Below are positions 11,434 to 26,500 of a DNA stretch of 64,000 bases, piece after piece (position 1 is the stretch's first letter; each line of letters begins with the position of its first letter). The notes beneath the pieces are model-generated. The model searched no databases, was not told the origin of the DNA, and was given only the letters and a program-made list of their open reading frames with translations. The translations under genes were made by a program, and so were the position numbers. The stretch lies in assembly GCA_047495785.1 (NCBI GenBank), contig JBLDXI010000064.1:372001-436000 (forward strand). The letters are read 5' to 3'. This stretch comes from Lepidodermella squamata. Lineage: Eukaryota; Animalia; Gastrotricha.

Positions 11434-13215
11434 GTGTTCGCCCGCGTGAACACTTGAAAAGTCAACGTTGACTAATCACCTGTTATTGGAGTATAGGCGT
11501 GGCCTATATCGTTAGAATCGGCGAAGAATTGTGCACATTTGGGCTGCTCACTGAGACGTGTGTGATGTTGTGAAGGGGATTGCGGCCGACAAACGTGTTT
11601 GCAACCAAGCTGTTAATAATCAGCGCGCGCACAACAAGTACGCACAATAACATGACTGTGCAACAAGGCTAATTTTTTATCATTTCAGCTTGTGCGTGTA
11701 TGAGCGTGTTTGATATTGAAAGTAATGGCAAAGAATTCTGCAGTTAATGATATAAAAATTATCTGCGCGCAGTTTTTGTTTCGCAGCGAATTGCGTGAAA
11801 ACACTTGGTAAATACGTCCTTCAATGTGTTCGCCCGCGTGAACAATTGAAAAGTCAACGTTGACTAATCACCTGTTATTGGAGTATAGGCGTGGCCTATA
11901 TCGTTAGAATCGGCGAAGAATTGTGCACATTTGGGCTGCTCACTGAGACGTGTGTGATGTTGTGAAGGGGATTGCGGCCGACAAACGTGTTTGCAACCAA
12001 GCTGTTAATAATCAGCGCGCGCACAACAAGTACGCACAATAACATGACTGTGCAACAAGGCTAATTTTTTATCATTTCAGCTTGTGCGTGTATGAGCGTG
12101 TTTGATATTGAAAGTAATGGCAAAGAATTCTGCAGTTAATGATATAAAAATTATCTGCGCGCAGCTTTTGTTTCGCAGCGAATTGCGTGAAAACACTTGG
12201 TAAATACGTCCTTCAATGTGTTCGCCCGCGTGAACAATTGAAAAGTCAACGTTGACTAATCACCTGTTATTGGAGTATAGGCGTGGCCTATATCGTTAGA
12301 ATCGGCGAAGAATTGTGCACATTTGGGCTGCTCACTGAGACGTGTGTGATGTTGTGAAGGGGATTGCGGCCGACAAACGTGTTTGCAACCAAGCTGTTAA
12401 TAATCAGCGCGCGCACAACAAGTACGCACAATAACATGACTGTGCAACAAGGCTAATTTTTTATCATTTCAGCTTGTGCGTGTATGAGCGTGTTTGATAT
12501 TGAAAGTAATGGCAAAGAATTCTGCAGTTAATGATATAAAAATTATCTGCGCGCAGCTTTTGTTTCGCAGCGAATTGCGTGAAAACACTTGGTAAATACG
12601 TCCTTCAATGTGTTCGCCCGCGTGAACAATTGAAAAGTCAACGTTGACTAATCACCTGTTATTGGAGTATAGGCGTGGCCTATATCGTTAGAATCGGCGA
12701 AGAATTGTGCACATTTGGGCTGCTCACTGAGACGTGTGTGATGTTGTGAAGGGGATTGCGGCCGACAAACGTGTTTGCAACCAAGCTGTTAATAATCAGC
12801 GCGCGCACAACAAGTACGCACAATAACATGACTGTGCAACAAGGCTAATTTTTTATCATTTCAGCTTGTGCGTGTATGAGCGTGTTTGATATTGAAAGTA
12901 ATGGCAAAGAATTCTGCAGTTAATGATATAAAAATTATCTGCGCGCAGCTTTTGTTTCGCAGCGAATTGCGTGAAAACACTTGGTAAATACGTCCTTCAA
13001 TGTGTTCGCCCGCGTGAACAATTGAAAAGTCAACGTTGACTAATCACCTGTTATTGGAGTATAGGCGTGGCCTATATCGTTAGAATCGGCGAAGAATTGT
13101 GCACATTTGGGCTGCTCACTGAGACGTGTGTGATGTTGTGAAGGGGATTGCGGCCGACAAACGTGTTTGCAACCAAGCTGTTAATAATCAGCGCGCGCAC
13201 AACAAGTACGCACAA
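11434..13215. repeat. 392-bp tandem array, ~4.5 copies
   Basis: gttcgcccgcgtgaaca recurs at 11436, 11828, 12220, 12612 and 13004. Confidence 0.95.
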
Positions 13216-13704
13216 GTACGGAGTCCCCAATAAGCGACAGAGTACGGCGCATCAGTGACTGCTGATGCAGAAGGGGTTATGGCCGCTTTGGAATACCTTG
13301 CTAGGGAAATTCCTGTGATACATGTAGAAATTCTAAAAATACCGAAAAATCCGGCAGGCTTTCAAGTGGCAGGTAGAAACTTTTCATTTTTGCCGCACCA
13401 ATCGCTGATTTTTAAAGAATTAAAAACGAAAAAATCGCTTTATTTATTACGCAATTGCGTAACTACCTTGACCTAACGGCGCTAGGTCACCAGTCCGGTC
13501 GCCACCGCCGCCATCACGACAGTGTTAACGTAATCACTAGCACTCTTCTATAACCGCACGCACGCTGTGACAGCGCTATCAGCGAAAGAAGTATTGCCGT
13601 GAAAAACTTTTTATCAATTACAGGCTGCCTCCCTCCCCCGGGGGAGGGAGGCATCACTTATCTTCATTAGGGAGCAAGACATTTCTGAAAATCTAGCAAA
13701 ATTC

Positions 13705-16700
13705 GTACTCGCAACGCTGTCCGTAGCGTGATTTACGTTTAAAAACAACATGTACGCACGTTGTTCGCACACGCGAACACGCGGAAATTTCACAGCTGCG
13801 GTTGAACTGTCAAACGTAATATAGAAGTGTCCTATATCATTAGAAATGGCGAAGAATTCTGCACATTTTCATCATTTAACCATAAATAACTGATGCAGTG
13901 CGCGATATCGGTGCCAGAAAAAGTGTTTGTTCGCAAAATAATTAATAATTACCGCGCGCGCACCGCATACACATGCACACGCATTTACACCAAGTGCACA
14001 GTGAACTACATGTTAAACATCTGTAGTATTTTTTTACCAGCGTTAACCTGTAGCTGTGTCGACATGTTTCATAAAAAAGTGAATGGCGAAGAAATCTGGT
14101 TTTAAACCTGCTACATTTGTCATTGCGATGTACTCGCAACGCTGTCCGCAGCGTGATTGACGTTTAAAAACAACATGTACGCACGTTGTTCGCACACGCG
14201 AACACGCGGAAATTTCACAGCTGCGGTTGAACTGTCAAACGTAATATAGAAGTGTCCTATATCATTAGAAATGGCGAAGAATTCTGCACATTTTCATCAT
14301 TTAACCATAAATAACTGATGCAGTGCGCGATATCGGTGCCAGAAAAAGTGTTTGTTCGCAAAATAATTAATAATTACCGCGCGCGCACCGCATACACATG
14401 CACACGCATTTACACCAAGTGCACAGTGAACTACATGTTAAACATCTGTAGTATTTTTTTACCAGCGTTAACCTGTAGCTGTGTCGACATGTTTCATAAA
14501 AAAGTGAATGGCGAAGAAATCTGGTTTTAAACCTGCTACATTTGTCATTGCGATGTACTCGCAACGCTGTCCGCAGCGTGATTTACGTTTAAAAACAACA
14601 TGTACGCACGTTGTTCGCACACGCGAACACGCGGAAATTTCACAGCTGCGGTTGAACTGTCAAACGTAATATAGAAGTGTCCTATATCATTAGAAATGGC
14701 GAAGAATTCTGCACATTTTCATCATTTAACCATAAATAACTGATGCAGTGCGCGATATCGGTGCCAGAAAAAGTGTTTGTTCGCAAAATAATTAATAATT
14801 ACCGCGCGCGCACCGCATACACATGCACACGCATTTACACCAAGTGCACAGTGAACTACATGTTAAACATCTGTAGTATTTTTTTACCAGCGTTAACCTG
14901 TAGCTGTGTCGACATGTTTCATAAAAAAGTGAATGGCGAAGAAATCTGGTTTTAAACCTGCTACATTTGTCATTGCGATGTACTCGCAACGCTGTCCGCA
15001 GCGTGATTTACGTTTAAAAACAACATGTACGCACGTTGTTCGCACACGCGAACACGCGGAAATTTCACAGCTGCGGTTGAACTGTCAAACGTAATATAGA
15101 AGTGTCCTATATCATTAGAAATGGCGAAGAATTCTGCACATTTTCATCATTTAACCATAAATAACTGATGCAGTGCGCGATATCGGTGCCAGAAAAAGTG
15201 TTTGTTCGCAAAATAATTAATAATTACCGCGCGCGCACCGCATACACATGCACACGCATTTACACCAAGTGCACAGTGAACTACATGTTAAACATCTGTA
15301 GTATTTTTTTACCAGCGTTAACCTGTAGCTGTGTCGACATGTTTCATAAAAAAGTGAATGGCGAAGAAATCTGGTTTTAAACCTGCTACATTTGTCATTG
15401 CGATGTACTCGCAACGCTGTCCGCAGCGTGATTTACGTTTAAAAACAACATGTACGCACGTTGTTCGCACACGCGAACACGCGGAAATTTCACAGCTGCG
15501 GTTGAACTGTCAAACGTAATATAGAAGTGTCCTATATCATTAGAAATGGCGAAGAATTCTGCACATTTTCATCATTTAACCATAAATAACTGATGCAGTG
15601 CGCGATATCGGTGCCAGAAAAAGTGTTTGTTCGCAAAATAATTAATAATTACAGCGCGCGCACCGCATACACATGCACACGCATTTACACCAAGTGCACA
15701 GTGAACTACATGTTAAACATCTGTAGTATTTTTTTACCAGCGTTAACCTGTAGCTGTGTCGACATGTTTCATAAAAAAGTGAATGGCGAAGAAATCTGGT
15801 TTTAAACCTGCTACATTTGTCATTGCGATGTACTCGCAACGCTGTCCGCAGCGTGATTGACGTTTAAAAACAACATGTACGCACGTTGTTCGCACACGCG
15901 AACACGCGGAAATTTCACAGCTGCGGTTGAACTGTCAAACGTAATATAGAAGTGTCCTATATCATTAGAAATGGCGAAGAATTCTGCTCATTTTCATCAT
16001 TTAACCATAAATAACTGATGCAGTGCGCGATATCGGTGCCGGAAAAAGTGTTTGTTCGCAAAATAATTAATAATCACCGCGCGCGCACCGCATACACATG
16101 CACACGCATTTACACCAAGTGCACAGTGAACTACACGTTAAACATCTGTAGTATTTTTTTACCAGCGTTAACCTGTAGCTGTGTCGACATGTTTCATAAA
16201 AAAGTGAATGGCGAAGAAATCTGGTTTTAAACCTGCTACATTTGTCATTGCGATGTACTCGCAACGCTGTCCGCAGCGTGATTTACGTTTAAAAACAACA
16301 TGTACGCACGTTGTTCGCACACGCGAACACGCGGAAATTTCACAGCTGCGGTTGAACTGTCAAACGTAATATAGAAGTGTCCTATATCATTAGAAATGGC
16401 GAAGAATTCTGCACATTTTCATCATTTAACCATAAATAACTGATGCAGTGCGCGATATCGGTGCCAGAAAAAGTGTTTGTTCGCAAAATAATTAATAATT
16501 ACCGCGCGCGCACCGCATACACATGCACACGCATTTACACCAAGTGCACAGTGAACTACATGTTAAACATCTGTAGTATTTTTTTACCAGCGTTAACCTG
16601 TAGCTGTGTCGACATGTTTCATAAAAAAGTGAATGGCGAAGAAATCTGGTTTTAAACCTGCTACATTTGTCATTGCGATGTACTCGCAACGCTGTCCGCA

Positions 16701-19145
16701 GCGTGATTGACGTTTAAAAACAACATGTACGCACGTTGTTCGCACACGCGAACACGCGGAAATTTCACAGCTGCGGTTGAACTGTCAAACGTAATATAGA
16801 AGTGTCCTATATCATTAGAAATGGCGAAGAATTCTGCTCATTTTCATCATTTAACCATAAATAACTGATGCAGTGCGCGATATCGGTGCCGGAAAAAGTG
16901 TTTGTTCGCAAAATAATTAATAATCACCGCGCGCGCACCGCATACACATGCACACGCATTTACACCAAGTGCACAGTGAACTACACGTTAAACATCTGTA
17001 GTATTTTTTTACCAGCGTTAACCTGTAGCTGTGTCGACATGTTTCATAAAAAAGTGAATGGCGAAGAAATCTGGTTTTAAACCTGCTACATTTGTCATTG
17101 CGATGTACTCGCAACGCTGTCCGCAGCGTGATTGACGTTTAAAAACAACATGTACGCACGTTGTTCGCACACGCGAACACGCGGAAATTTCACAGCTGCG
17201 GTTGAACTGTCAAACGTAATATAGAAGTGTCCTATATCATTAGAAATGGCGAAGAATTCTGCTCATTTTCATCATTTAACCATAAATAACTGATGCAGTG
17301 CGCGATATCGGTGCCGGAAAAAGTGTTTGTTCGCAAAATAATTAATAATCACCGCGCGCGCACCGCATACACATGCACACGCATTTACACCAAGTGCACA
17401 GTGAACTACACGTTAAACATCTGTAGTATTTTTTTACCAGCGTTAACCTGTAGCTGTGTCGACATGTTTCATAAAAAAGTGAATGGCGAAGAAATCTGGT
17501 TTTAAACCTGCTACATTTGTCATTGCGATGTACTCGCAACGCTGTCCGCAGCGTGATTGACGTTTAAAAACAACATGTACGCACGTTGTTCGCACACGCG
17601 AACACGCGGAAATTTCACAGCTGCGGTTGAACTGTCAAACGTAATATAGAAGTGTCCTATATCATTAGAAATGGCGAAGAATTCTGCTCATTTTCATCAT
17701 TTAACCATAAATAACTGATGCAGTGCGCGATATCGGTGCCGGAAAAAGTGTTTGTTCGCAAAATAATTAATAATCACCGCGCGCGCACCGCATACACATG
17801 CACACGCATTTACACCCATTTACACCAAGTGCACAGTGAACTACACGTTAAACATCTGTAGTATTTTTTTACCAGCGTTAACCTGTAGCTGTGTCGACAT
17901 GTTTCATAAAAAAGTGAATGGCGAAGAAATCTGGTTTTAAACCTGCTACATTTGTCATTGCGATGTACTCGCAACGCTGTCCGCAGCGTGATTGACGTTT
18001 AAAAACAACATGTACGCACGTTGTTCGCACACGCGAACACGCGGAAATTTCACAGCTGCGGTTGAACTGTCAAACGTAATATAGAAGTGTCCTATATCAT
18101 TAGAAATGGCGAAGAATTCTGCTCATTTTCATCATTTAACCATAAATAACTGATGCAGTGCGCGATATCGGTGCCGGAAAAAGTGTTTGTTCGCAAAATA
18201 ATTAATAATCACCGCGCGCGCACCGCATACACATGCACACGCATTTACACCAAGTGCACAGTGAACTACACGTTAAACATCTGTAGTATTTTTTTACCAG
18301 CGTTAACCTGTAGCTGTGTCGACATGTTTCATAAAAAAGTGAATGGCGAAGAAATCTGGTTTTAAACCTGCTACATTTGTCATTGCGATGTACTCGCAAC
18401 GCTGTCCGCAGCGTGATTTACGTTTAAAAACAACATGTACGCACGTTGTTCGCACACGCGAACACGCGGAAATTTCACAGCTGCGGTTGAACTGTCAAAC
18501 GTAATATAGAAGTGTCCTATATCATTAGAAATGGCGAAGAATTCTGCACATTTTCATCATTTAACCATAAATAACTGATGCAGTGCGCGATATCGGTGCC
18601 AGAAAAAGTGTTTGTTCGCAAAATAATTAATAATTACCGCGCGCGCACCGCATACACATGCACACGCATTTACACCAAGTGCACAGTGAACTACATGTTA
18701 AACATCTGTAGTATTTTTTTACCAGCGTTAACCTGTAGCTGTGTCGACATGTTTCATAAAAAAGTGAATGGCGAAGAAATCTGGTTTTAAACCTGCTACA
18801 TTTGTCATTGCGATGTACTCGCAACGCTGTCCGCAGCGTGATTTACGTTTAAAAACAACATGTACGCACGTTGTTCGCACACGCGAACACGCGGAAATTT
18901 CACAGCTGCGGTTGAACTGTCAAACGTAATATAGAAGTGTCCTATATCATTAGAAATGGCGAAGAATTCTGCTCATTTTCATCATTTAACCATAAATAAC
19001 TGATGCAGTGCGCGATATCGGTGCCGGAAAAAGTGTTTGTTCGCAAAATAATTAATAATCACCGCGCGCGCACCGCATACACATGCACACGCATTTACAC
19101 CAAGTGCACAGTGAACTACACGTTAAACATCTGTAGTATTTTTTA
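13705..19145. repeat. 425-bp tandem array 1, ~12.8 copies (one with a 10-bp duplication near 17815)
   Basis: Near-identical 425-nt periodicity, also visible in the ORF track. Confidence 0.97.
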
Positions 19146-20181
19146 GGCTGAACTTTCTCAGCAGCGCGACCACAACGAGACACAGCGATTAAACGATTTC
19201 CTTGGTTTATTTCACTTAAATCTCTTTCGGCATGTGACAATCGATATATTATCTCTTGTTATATTCACGAATGATGAAAATGGGCAATTGTTTTTAGGCA
19301 TTCTTCGGCATTCTTTCAGCATCGGAAGAAAGTGTATTTCACCGTGAAATAAATCAGTCCAGCATCGGAAGATCGTCGTTTTCAACAGCGTTGTTGGCTG
19401 TTCGGCTCGGCTGTCGCTCGGCTGCGTCGGCTGTGTCGCCGACATCAGGTTTAAGGTAAATCACTCGGACATTCGCACCGATCACCCAGTAAACGTTGTC
19501 TAATACTGGATCAACGCGGGCTGGAAGTGAAACGACGGCACCTCCGGCCAATTCGACGTCAACGAAACAGTTATTATCAGTCATTTAAGATTCTAAATGT
19601 CAAATGTTGATTAGGTATAATTATAATTAAAATATATTAATTAATTAAAATATATATACGGATATTTTCATTACGGATGAGTGAATAAACAGGATTGTAA
19701 ATAGCTGTACTAATAAAGCTCAATAAAATACTGCAATAATATTCACTAAAAGTAATGCAACAATGCCGAGTGAACACGAGTGACTATAACCTGAGGATTA
19801 CGTATTGTTCTTTGAAATAAGATCAATCGTCTTTCTTATCCGCACCAGTACTTTCCGTTACAGCGTCATTTCATCGACTACAGCGACTGCGAGCGTAACC
19901 GTCGGAGCACTTTCGGCGACGAGTCGGCGATGTGTAACGGTCGGCCACTGCATAACTGCGCAATGCGTAATGGGACAGACAGTTATCCCAACTCAGACGA
20001 TCATTTCTAATTATGCGCAATTCTATCACTATTTGAATTTCAACGCAGCTTTCTTCTTGAAATTTTTCTTTGCTATAATTAACCAATTGATTTAACCTCA
20101 CCTCATGTTCTATTTATCAAATAGTTACCAGCTTTTATTGAAAAATACTCAACGTTCAGTCTATGGCTAAACCGGAAGAGT

Positions 20182-21315
20182 ATGTTTTTAAAAAATTGGG
20201 ACCAAGTTAATAACAATATGTCTTACTGCAGCTATTCATTAGTTGGCATGTATCTAAAAACAAACAAGCTTGCCCGTGCTTCTCAAGAAGTCAACGTCGA
20301 ATCTCGCCGTATCAGTCTCGACTCCGTCCCAGCCGAACCGGTTGATGGTCAGCGCATCGAGGGTATACTACTATTGTCAAAACGTCGCAGTGCTGATCAA
20401 AGCCGACCTAAAGCCACCGCGACTGGTTTGAACCCCAGGGCTTCGAGCGCTCCACGAGTTGAAAATGCCTACTTGAGATTCATGGTTTTTGGGTGAGTTA
20501 ATTAACGATGAAGTTGTATGCCATTTCTAAGTTTTTTTTCTCCTAGATGTGTCGATGAAAGCGACGAAGCATTTGTTGTCGTCGTGAAAGACACACCGGC
20601 TGGTCGTCTAGCGCTGTCGTTCGGCGATCAAATAACGCCTGGGGCTCGGCTGTCAATTAGCAACCCAGTATCCGTAAGCCGGTGGAAAACGATGAAAGTC
20701 ATTGGCACTGATTGCCTTGTTCCTGCGGTTTCGCCTGTCCCCAGAAGCGTTGTCGAGCTCCCGTTCGAAGGCATCCCTCTTGCTGAGCGATTTCACGCCT
20801 TTCGCGCTGACATCGATGAATTGGAGGTCATGGAGGTGGCTTTTTGCACTGCATGCGGCCGAAGCTGTGATGGCAGGTATGGCACCTGTTGCAGTTGTGT
20901 CGGCGGTTTTCGCTTTGTCACCATCAAGACGCTGCCTGGCATTCGCGTGAAAGCGACGGCTTTTCGTGGTCTCAGCGCTGCTGTCTACTATTCTGTAGAA
21001 CTTGCCCGCCGCTTGGTTCCCGAGCAAGTTCTTCAAGGCGACTGCGACTACGGCATCGTGACTCGCCACATTCGCCGGTCGATCGAGGCGCACCGCGGCG
21101 GTTTTCGAGCTATTTTCTGGGCCAAACCGGCGAAAGCACCGGATTCTGATGTGCCGTCGTTTCATCGGATCCACATCGCACGCCTTATTCCCTTGGGTGA
21201 CCCGCTCCCGATGCTAGCGATTGGTGATGCTGTTGTGCCGCCAGTGCCTGCTGAGCGAGTTTTTGAAGCTGCGAACGACAATCAGCTGCCTGCAGATGGT
21301 ACCGCCACCGTCTAG
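20182..21315 (+). CDS. Element-borne two-exon gene (~350 aa), Cys cluster CTACGRSCDG..CCSC; possibly OB-fold/Zn-ribbon ssDNA-binding protein
   Basis: ORFs 20182-20496 and 20518-21315 are joined in frame by intron 20493(GTGAGT)-20546(TAG). Start may be 20218. Function is a guess from beta-strand pattern and Cys spacing. Confidence 0.6.
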
Positions 21316-21619
21316 GCCAATAATTTTGAGAGTGGATTAAACTCCTCATAAGCCTCATAATCGCCTTGTTGGCAGCATTTGTTCAGAATTTTCGTCCTGT
21401 TTGTATTTTATGTGCGCAATTATGTTATGTTCTAGTAGCGTGTTAGTGAAATGCAGGCGTAATACCTCCATATTAATTGTTAATCAAAATAAAAATTTCA
21501 AATCTGTACAAGATCACCTTCGTTTTACTTATTCGAACAAAGCTTCCTCAATGAGCCAACAACAAGGCTTCACCGGTTACCAACAAAGCTACAAAAAACG
21601 CAACAAAACATGAAGGCAT

Positions 21620-22443
21620 TCAGAGAGATTCGTAAAATGCAGGCAATTTTTCTGCGACTTCAATTAGGTGGGTACGCAGCCTATTAAAAATGTGCTGAGG
21701 AATTGAGCAACAAAGAAATTTCTGATGGTATTTGTAAGCTTCATAGGTGCACATCATCGAATAGCACCACGTGCGGCCCCAACCATACCGCTCGTTCAAC
21801 TGCTTAGTGAATGCGCTGATAGCCATCTTCGGGTTCTCCTGTTTAAGGCGAGCTAGGGCTTTGCCAAGATTGAAAGCTTGATGAAGCTTCGCTGATTGTA
21901 GCGAAGCTAGGGCCTTAATGCCAGCCTGGACAAACAGAACTGTCTCTTCCTGGGAAGACGATGGATGCAGTTCGACGACCTCAGCATCCGCGTAAGGAAT
22001 TAACGATCGAGTTTTCTCAACAAGAAGTTTGACTTCCTCGGGGCTGCCCAACGCATAATCGACACCTCTAATCTACAATTCCGAAAGTCAAATAATCATA
22101 AAATCGATTGCCATGGTTTGCCCAAATTTCTCAAATTTAAGTCAACAAATAATCAGATCGAAGTTAAATTACTTTCACCGAAGTCAGACGTTTCCCGCGC
22201 TTCGCTCGATTTGCCTTGGTCGAGGTCTTGCTCGCTCGCTGTTTTCTGGAGCTGCTGGCCGCTCCGGCTGGGGAAGATGAAGTGTCGGATTCGATATCGG
22301 CCCCTTCGTCGATCGCAGCTATGAAGCGTTTAGCCGTTTTCACGACTTTTGATATTTGATTGTTGCACTGTTTAAGGCGGCTAACTTCCTTAGCGAACGC
22401 GATAAATTTTGGCATATTTGCCACGATTCGTTTTTCTTTCTCG
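21620..22443 (-). pseudogene. 5'-truncated copy of the minus-strand accessory gene
   Basis: Matches 31911-32734 but is cut at 22443 by the duplication junction, losing MDKSD...EIQ. Confidence 0.7.
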
Positions 22444-23091
22444 CAGCGAATTGCGTGAAAACACTTGGTAAATACGTCCTTCAATGTGTTCGCCCGCGTG
22501 AACAATTGAAAAGTCAACGTTGACTAATCACCTGTTATTGGAGTATAGGCGTGGCCTATATCGTTAGAATCGGCGAAGAATTGTGCACATTTGGGCTGCT
22601 CACTGAGACGTGTGTGATGTTGTGAAGGGGATTGCGGCCGACAAACGTGTTTGCAACCAAGCTGTTAATAATCAGCGCGCGCACAACAAGTACGCACAAT
22701 AACATGACTGTGCAACAAGGCTAATTTTTTATCATTTCAGCTTGTGCGTGTATGAGCGTGTTTGATATTGAAAGTAATGGCAAAGAATTCTGCAGTTAAT
22801 GATATAAAAATTATCTGCGCGCAGCTTTTGTTTCGCAGCGAATTGCGTGAAAACACTTGGTAAATACGTCCTTCAATGTGTTCGCCCGCGTGAACAATTG
22901 AAAAGTCAACGTTGACTAATCACCTGTTATTGGAGTATAGGCGTGGCCTATATCGTTAGAATCGGCGAAGAATTGTGCACATTTGGGCTGCTCACTGAGA
23001 CGTGTGTGATGTTGTGAAGGGGATTGCGGCCGACAAACGTGTTTGCAACCAAGCTGTTAATAATCAGCGCGCGCACAACAAGTACGCACAA
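22441..23091. repeat. 392-bp repeat, ~1.7 copies
   Basis: Same unit as 11434-13215. Confidence 0.93.
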
Positions 23092-23580
23092 GTACGGAGT
23101 CCCCAATAAGCGACAGAGTACGGCGCATCAGTGACTGCTGATGCAGAAGGGGTTATGGCCGCTTTGGAATACCTTGCTAGGGAAATTCCTGTGATACATG
23201 TAGAAATTCTAAAAATACCGAAAAATCCGGCAGGCTTTCAAGTGGCAGGTAGAAACTTTTCATTTTTGCCGCACCAATCGCTGATTTTTAAAGAATTAAA
23301 AACGAAAAAATCGCTTTATTTATTACGCAATTGCGTAACTACCTTGACCTAACGGCGCTAGGTCACCAGTCCGGTCGCCACCGCCGCCATCACGACAGTG
23401 TTAACGTAATCACTAGCACTCTTCTATAACCGCACGCACGCTGTGACAGCGCTATCAGCGAAAGAAGTATTGCCGTGAAAAACTTTTTATCAATTACAGG
23501 CTGCCTCCCTCCCCCGGGGGAGGGAGGCATCACTTATCTTCATTAGGGAGCAAGACATTTCTGAAAATCTAGCAAAATTC

Positions 23581-26500
23581 GTACTCGCAACGCTGTCCGT
23601 AGCGTGATTTACGTTTAAAAACAACATGTACGCACGTTGTTCGCACACGCGAACACGCGGAAATTTCACAGCTGCGGTTGAACTGTCAAACGTAATATAG
23701 AAGTGTCCTATATCATTAGAAATGGCGAAGAATTCTGCACATTTTCATCATTTAACCATAAATAACTGATGCAGTGCGCGATATCGGTGCCAGAAAAAGT
23801 GTTTGTTCGCAAAATAATTAATAATTACCGCGCGCGCACCGCATACACATGCACACGCATTTACACCAAGTGCACAGTGAACTACATGTTAAACATCTGT
23901 AGTATTTTTTTACCAGCGTTAACCTGTAGCTGTGTCGACATGTTTCATAAAAAAGTGAATGGCGAAGAAATCTGGTTTTAAACCTGCTACATTTGTCATT
24001 GCGATGTACTCGCAACGCTGTCCGCAGCGTGATTGACGTTTAAAAACAACATGTACGCACGTTGTTCGCACACGCGAACACGCGGAAATTTCACAGCTGC
24101 GGTTGAACTGTCAAACGTAATATAGAAGTGTCCTATATCATTAGAAATGGCGAAGAATTCTGCACATTTTCATCATTTAACCATAAATAACTGATGCAGT
24201 GCGCGATATCGGTGCCAGAAAAAGTGTTTGTTCGCAAAATAATTAATAATTACCGCGCGCGCACCGCATACACATGCACACGCATTTACACCAAGTGCAC
24301 AGTGAACTACATGTTAAACATCTGTAGTATTTTTTTACCAGCGTTAACCTGTAGCTGTGTCGACATGTTTCATAAAAAAGTGAATGGCGAAGAAATCTGG
24401 TTTTAAACCTGCTACATTTGTCATTGCGATGTACTCGCAACGCTGTCCGCAGCGTGATTTACGTTTAAAAACAACATGTACGCACGTTGTTCGCACACGC
24501 GAACACGCGGAAATTTCACAGCTGCGGTTGAACTGTCAAACGTAATATAGAAGTGTCCTATATCATTAGAAATGGCGAAGAATTCTGCACATTTTCATCA
24601 TTTAACCATAAATAACTGATGCAGTGCGCGATATCGGTGCCAGAAAAAGTGTTTGTTCGCAAAATAATTAATAATTACCGCGCGCGCACCGCATACACAT
24701 GCACACGCATTTACACCAAGTGCACAGTGAACTACATGTTAAACATCTGTAGTATTTTTTTACCAGCGTTAACCTGTAGCTGTGTCGACATGTTTCATAA
24801 AAAAGTGAATGGCGAAGAAATCTGGTTTTAAACCTGCTACATTTGTCATTGCGATGTACTCGCAACGCTGTCCGCAGCGTGATTTACGTTTAAAAACAAC
24901 ATGTACGCACGTTGTTCGCACACGCGAACACGCGGAAATTTCACAGCTGCGGTTGAACTGTCAAACGTAATATAGAAGTGTCCTATATCATTAGAAATGG
25001 CGAAGAATTCTGCACATTTTCATCATTTAACCATAAATAACTGATGCAGTGCGCGATATCGGTGCCAGAAAAAGTGTTTGTTCGCAAAATAATTAATAAT
25101 TACCGCGCGCGCACCGCATACACATGCACACGCATTTACACCAAGTGCACAGTGAACTACATGTTAAACATCTGTAGTATTTTTTTACCAGCGTTAACCT
25201 GTAGCTGTGTCGACATGTTTCATAAAAAAGTGAATGGCGAAGAAATCTGGTTTTAAACCTGCTACATTTGTCATTGCGATGTACTCGCAACGCTGTCCGC
25301 AGCGTGATTGACGTTTAAAAACAACATGTACGCACGTTGTTCGCACACGCGAACACGCGGAAATTTCACAGCTGCGGTTGAACTGTCAAACGTAATATAG
25401 AAGTGTCCTATATCATTAGAAATGGCGAAGAATTCTGCACATTTTCATCATTTAACCATAAATAACTGATGCAGTGCGCGATATCGGTGCCAGAAAAAGT
25501 GTTTGTTCGCAAAATAATTAATAATTACCGCGCGCGCACCGCATACACATGCACACGCATTTACACCAAGTGCACAGTGAACTACATGTTAAACATCTGT
25601 AGTATTTTTTTACCAGCGTTAACCTGTAGCTGTGTCGACATGTTTCATAAAAAAGTGAATGGCGAAGAAATCTGGTTTTAAACCTGCTACATTTGTCATT
25701 GCGATGTACTCGCAACGCTGTCCGCAGCGTGATTTACGTTTAAAAACAACATGTACGCACGTTGTTCGCACACGCGAACACGCGGAAATTTCACAGCTGC
25801 GGTTGAACTGTCAAACGTAATATAGAAGTGTCCTATATCATTAGAAATGGCGAAGAATTCTGCACATTTTCATCATTTAACCATAAATAACTGATGCAGT
25901 GCGCGATATCGGTGCCAGAAAAAGTGTTTGTTCGCAAAATAATTAATAATTACCGCGCGCGCACCGCATACACATGCACACGCATTTACACCAAGTGCAC
26001 AGTGAACTACATGTTAAACATCTGTAGTATTTTTTTACCAGCGTTAACCTGTAGCTGTGTCGACATGTTTCATAAAAAAGTGAATGGCGAAGAAATCTGG
26101 TTTTAAACCTGCTACATTTGTCATTGCGATGTACTCGCAACGCTGTCCGCAGCGTGATTTACGTTTAAAAACAACATGTACGCACGTTGTTCGCACACGC
26201 GAACACGCGGAAATTTCACAGCTGCGGTTGAACTGTCAAACGTAATATAGAAGTGTCCTATATCATTAGAAATGGCGAAGAATTCTGCACATTTTCATCA
26301 TTTAACCATAAATAACTGATGCAGTGCGCGATATCGGTGCCAGAAAAAGTGTTTGTTCGCAAAATAATTAATAATTACCGCGCGCGCACCGCATACACAT
26401 GCACACGCATTTACACCAAGTGCACAGTGAACTACATGTTAAACATCTGTAGTATTTTTTTACCAGCGTTAACCTGTAGCTGTGTCGACATGTTTCATAA

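Noticed and set aside
19212-20101. Small ORFs upstream of the Cys-cluster gene
   Set aside because: Short and without motifs. 19354-19584(-) might be an exon but cannot be supported from the sequence alone.
20653-21174. Antisense and alternate-frame ORFs over the accessory, protease, ankyrin and RepHel genes
   Set aside because: Shadows of the real coding frame with no independent motifs.
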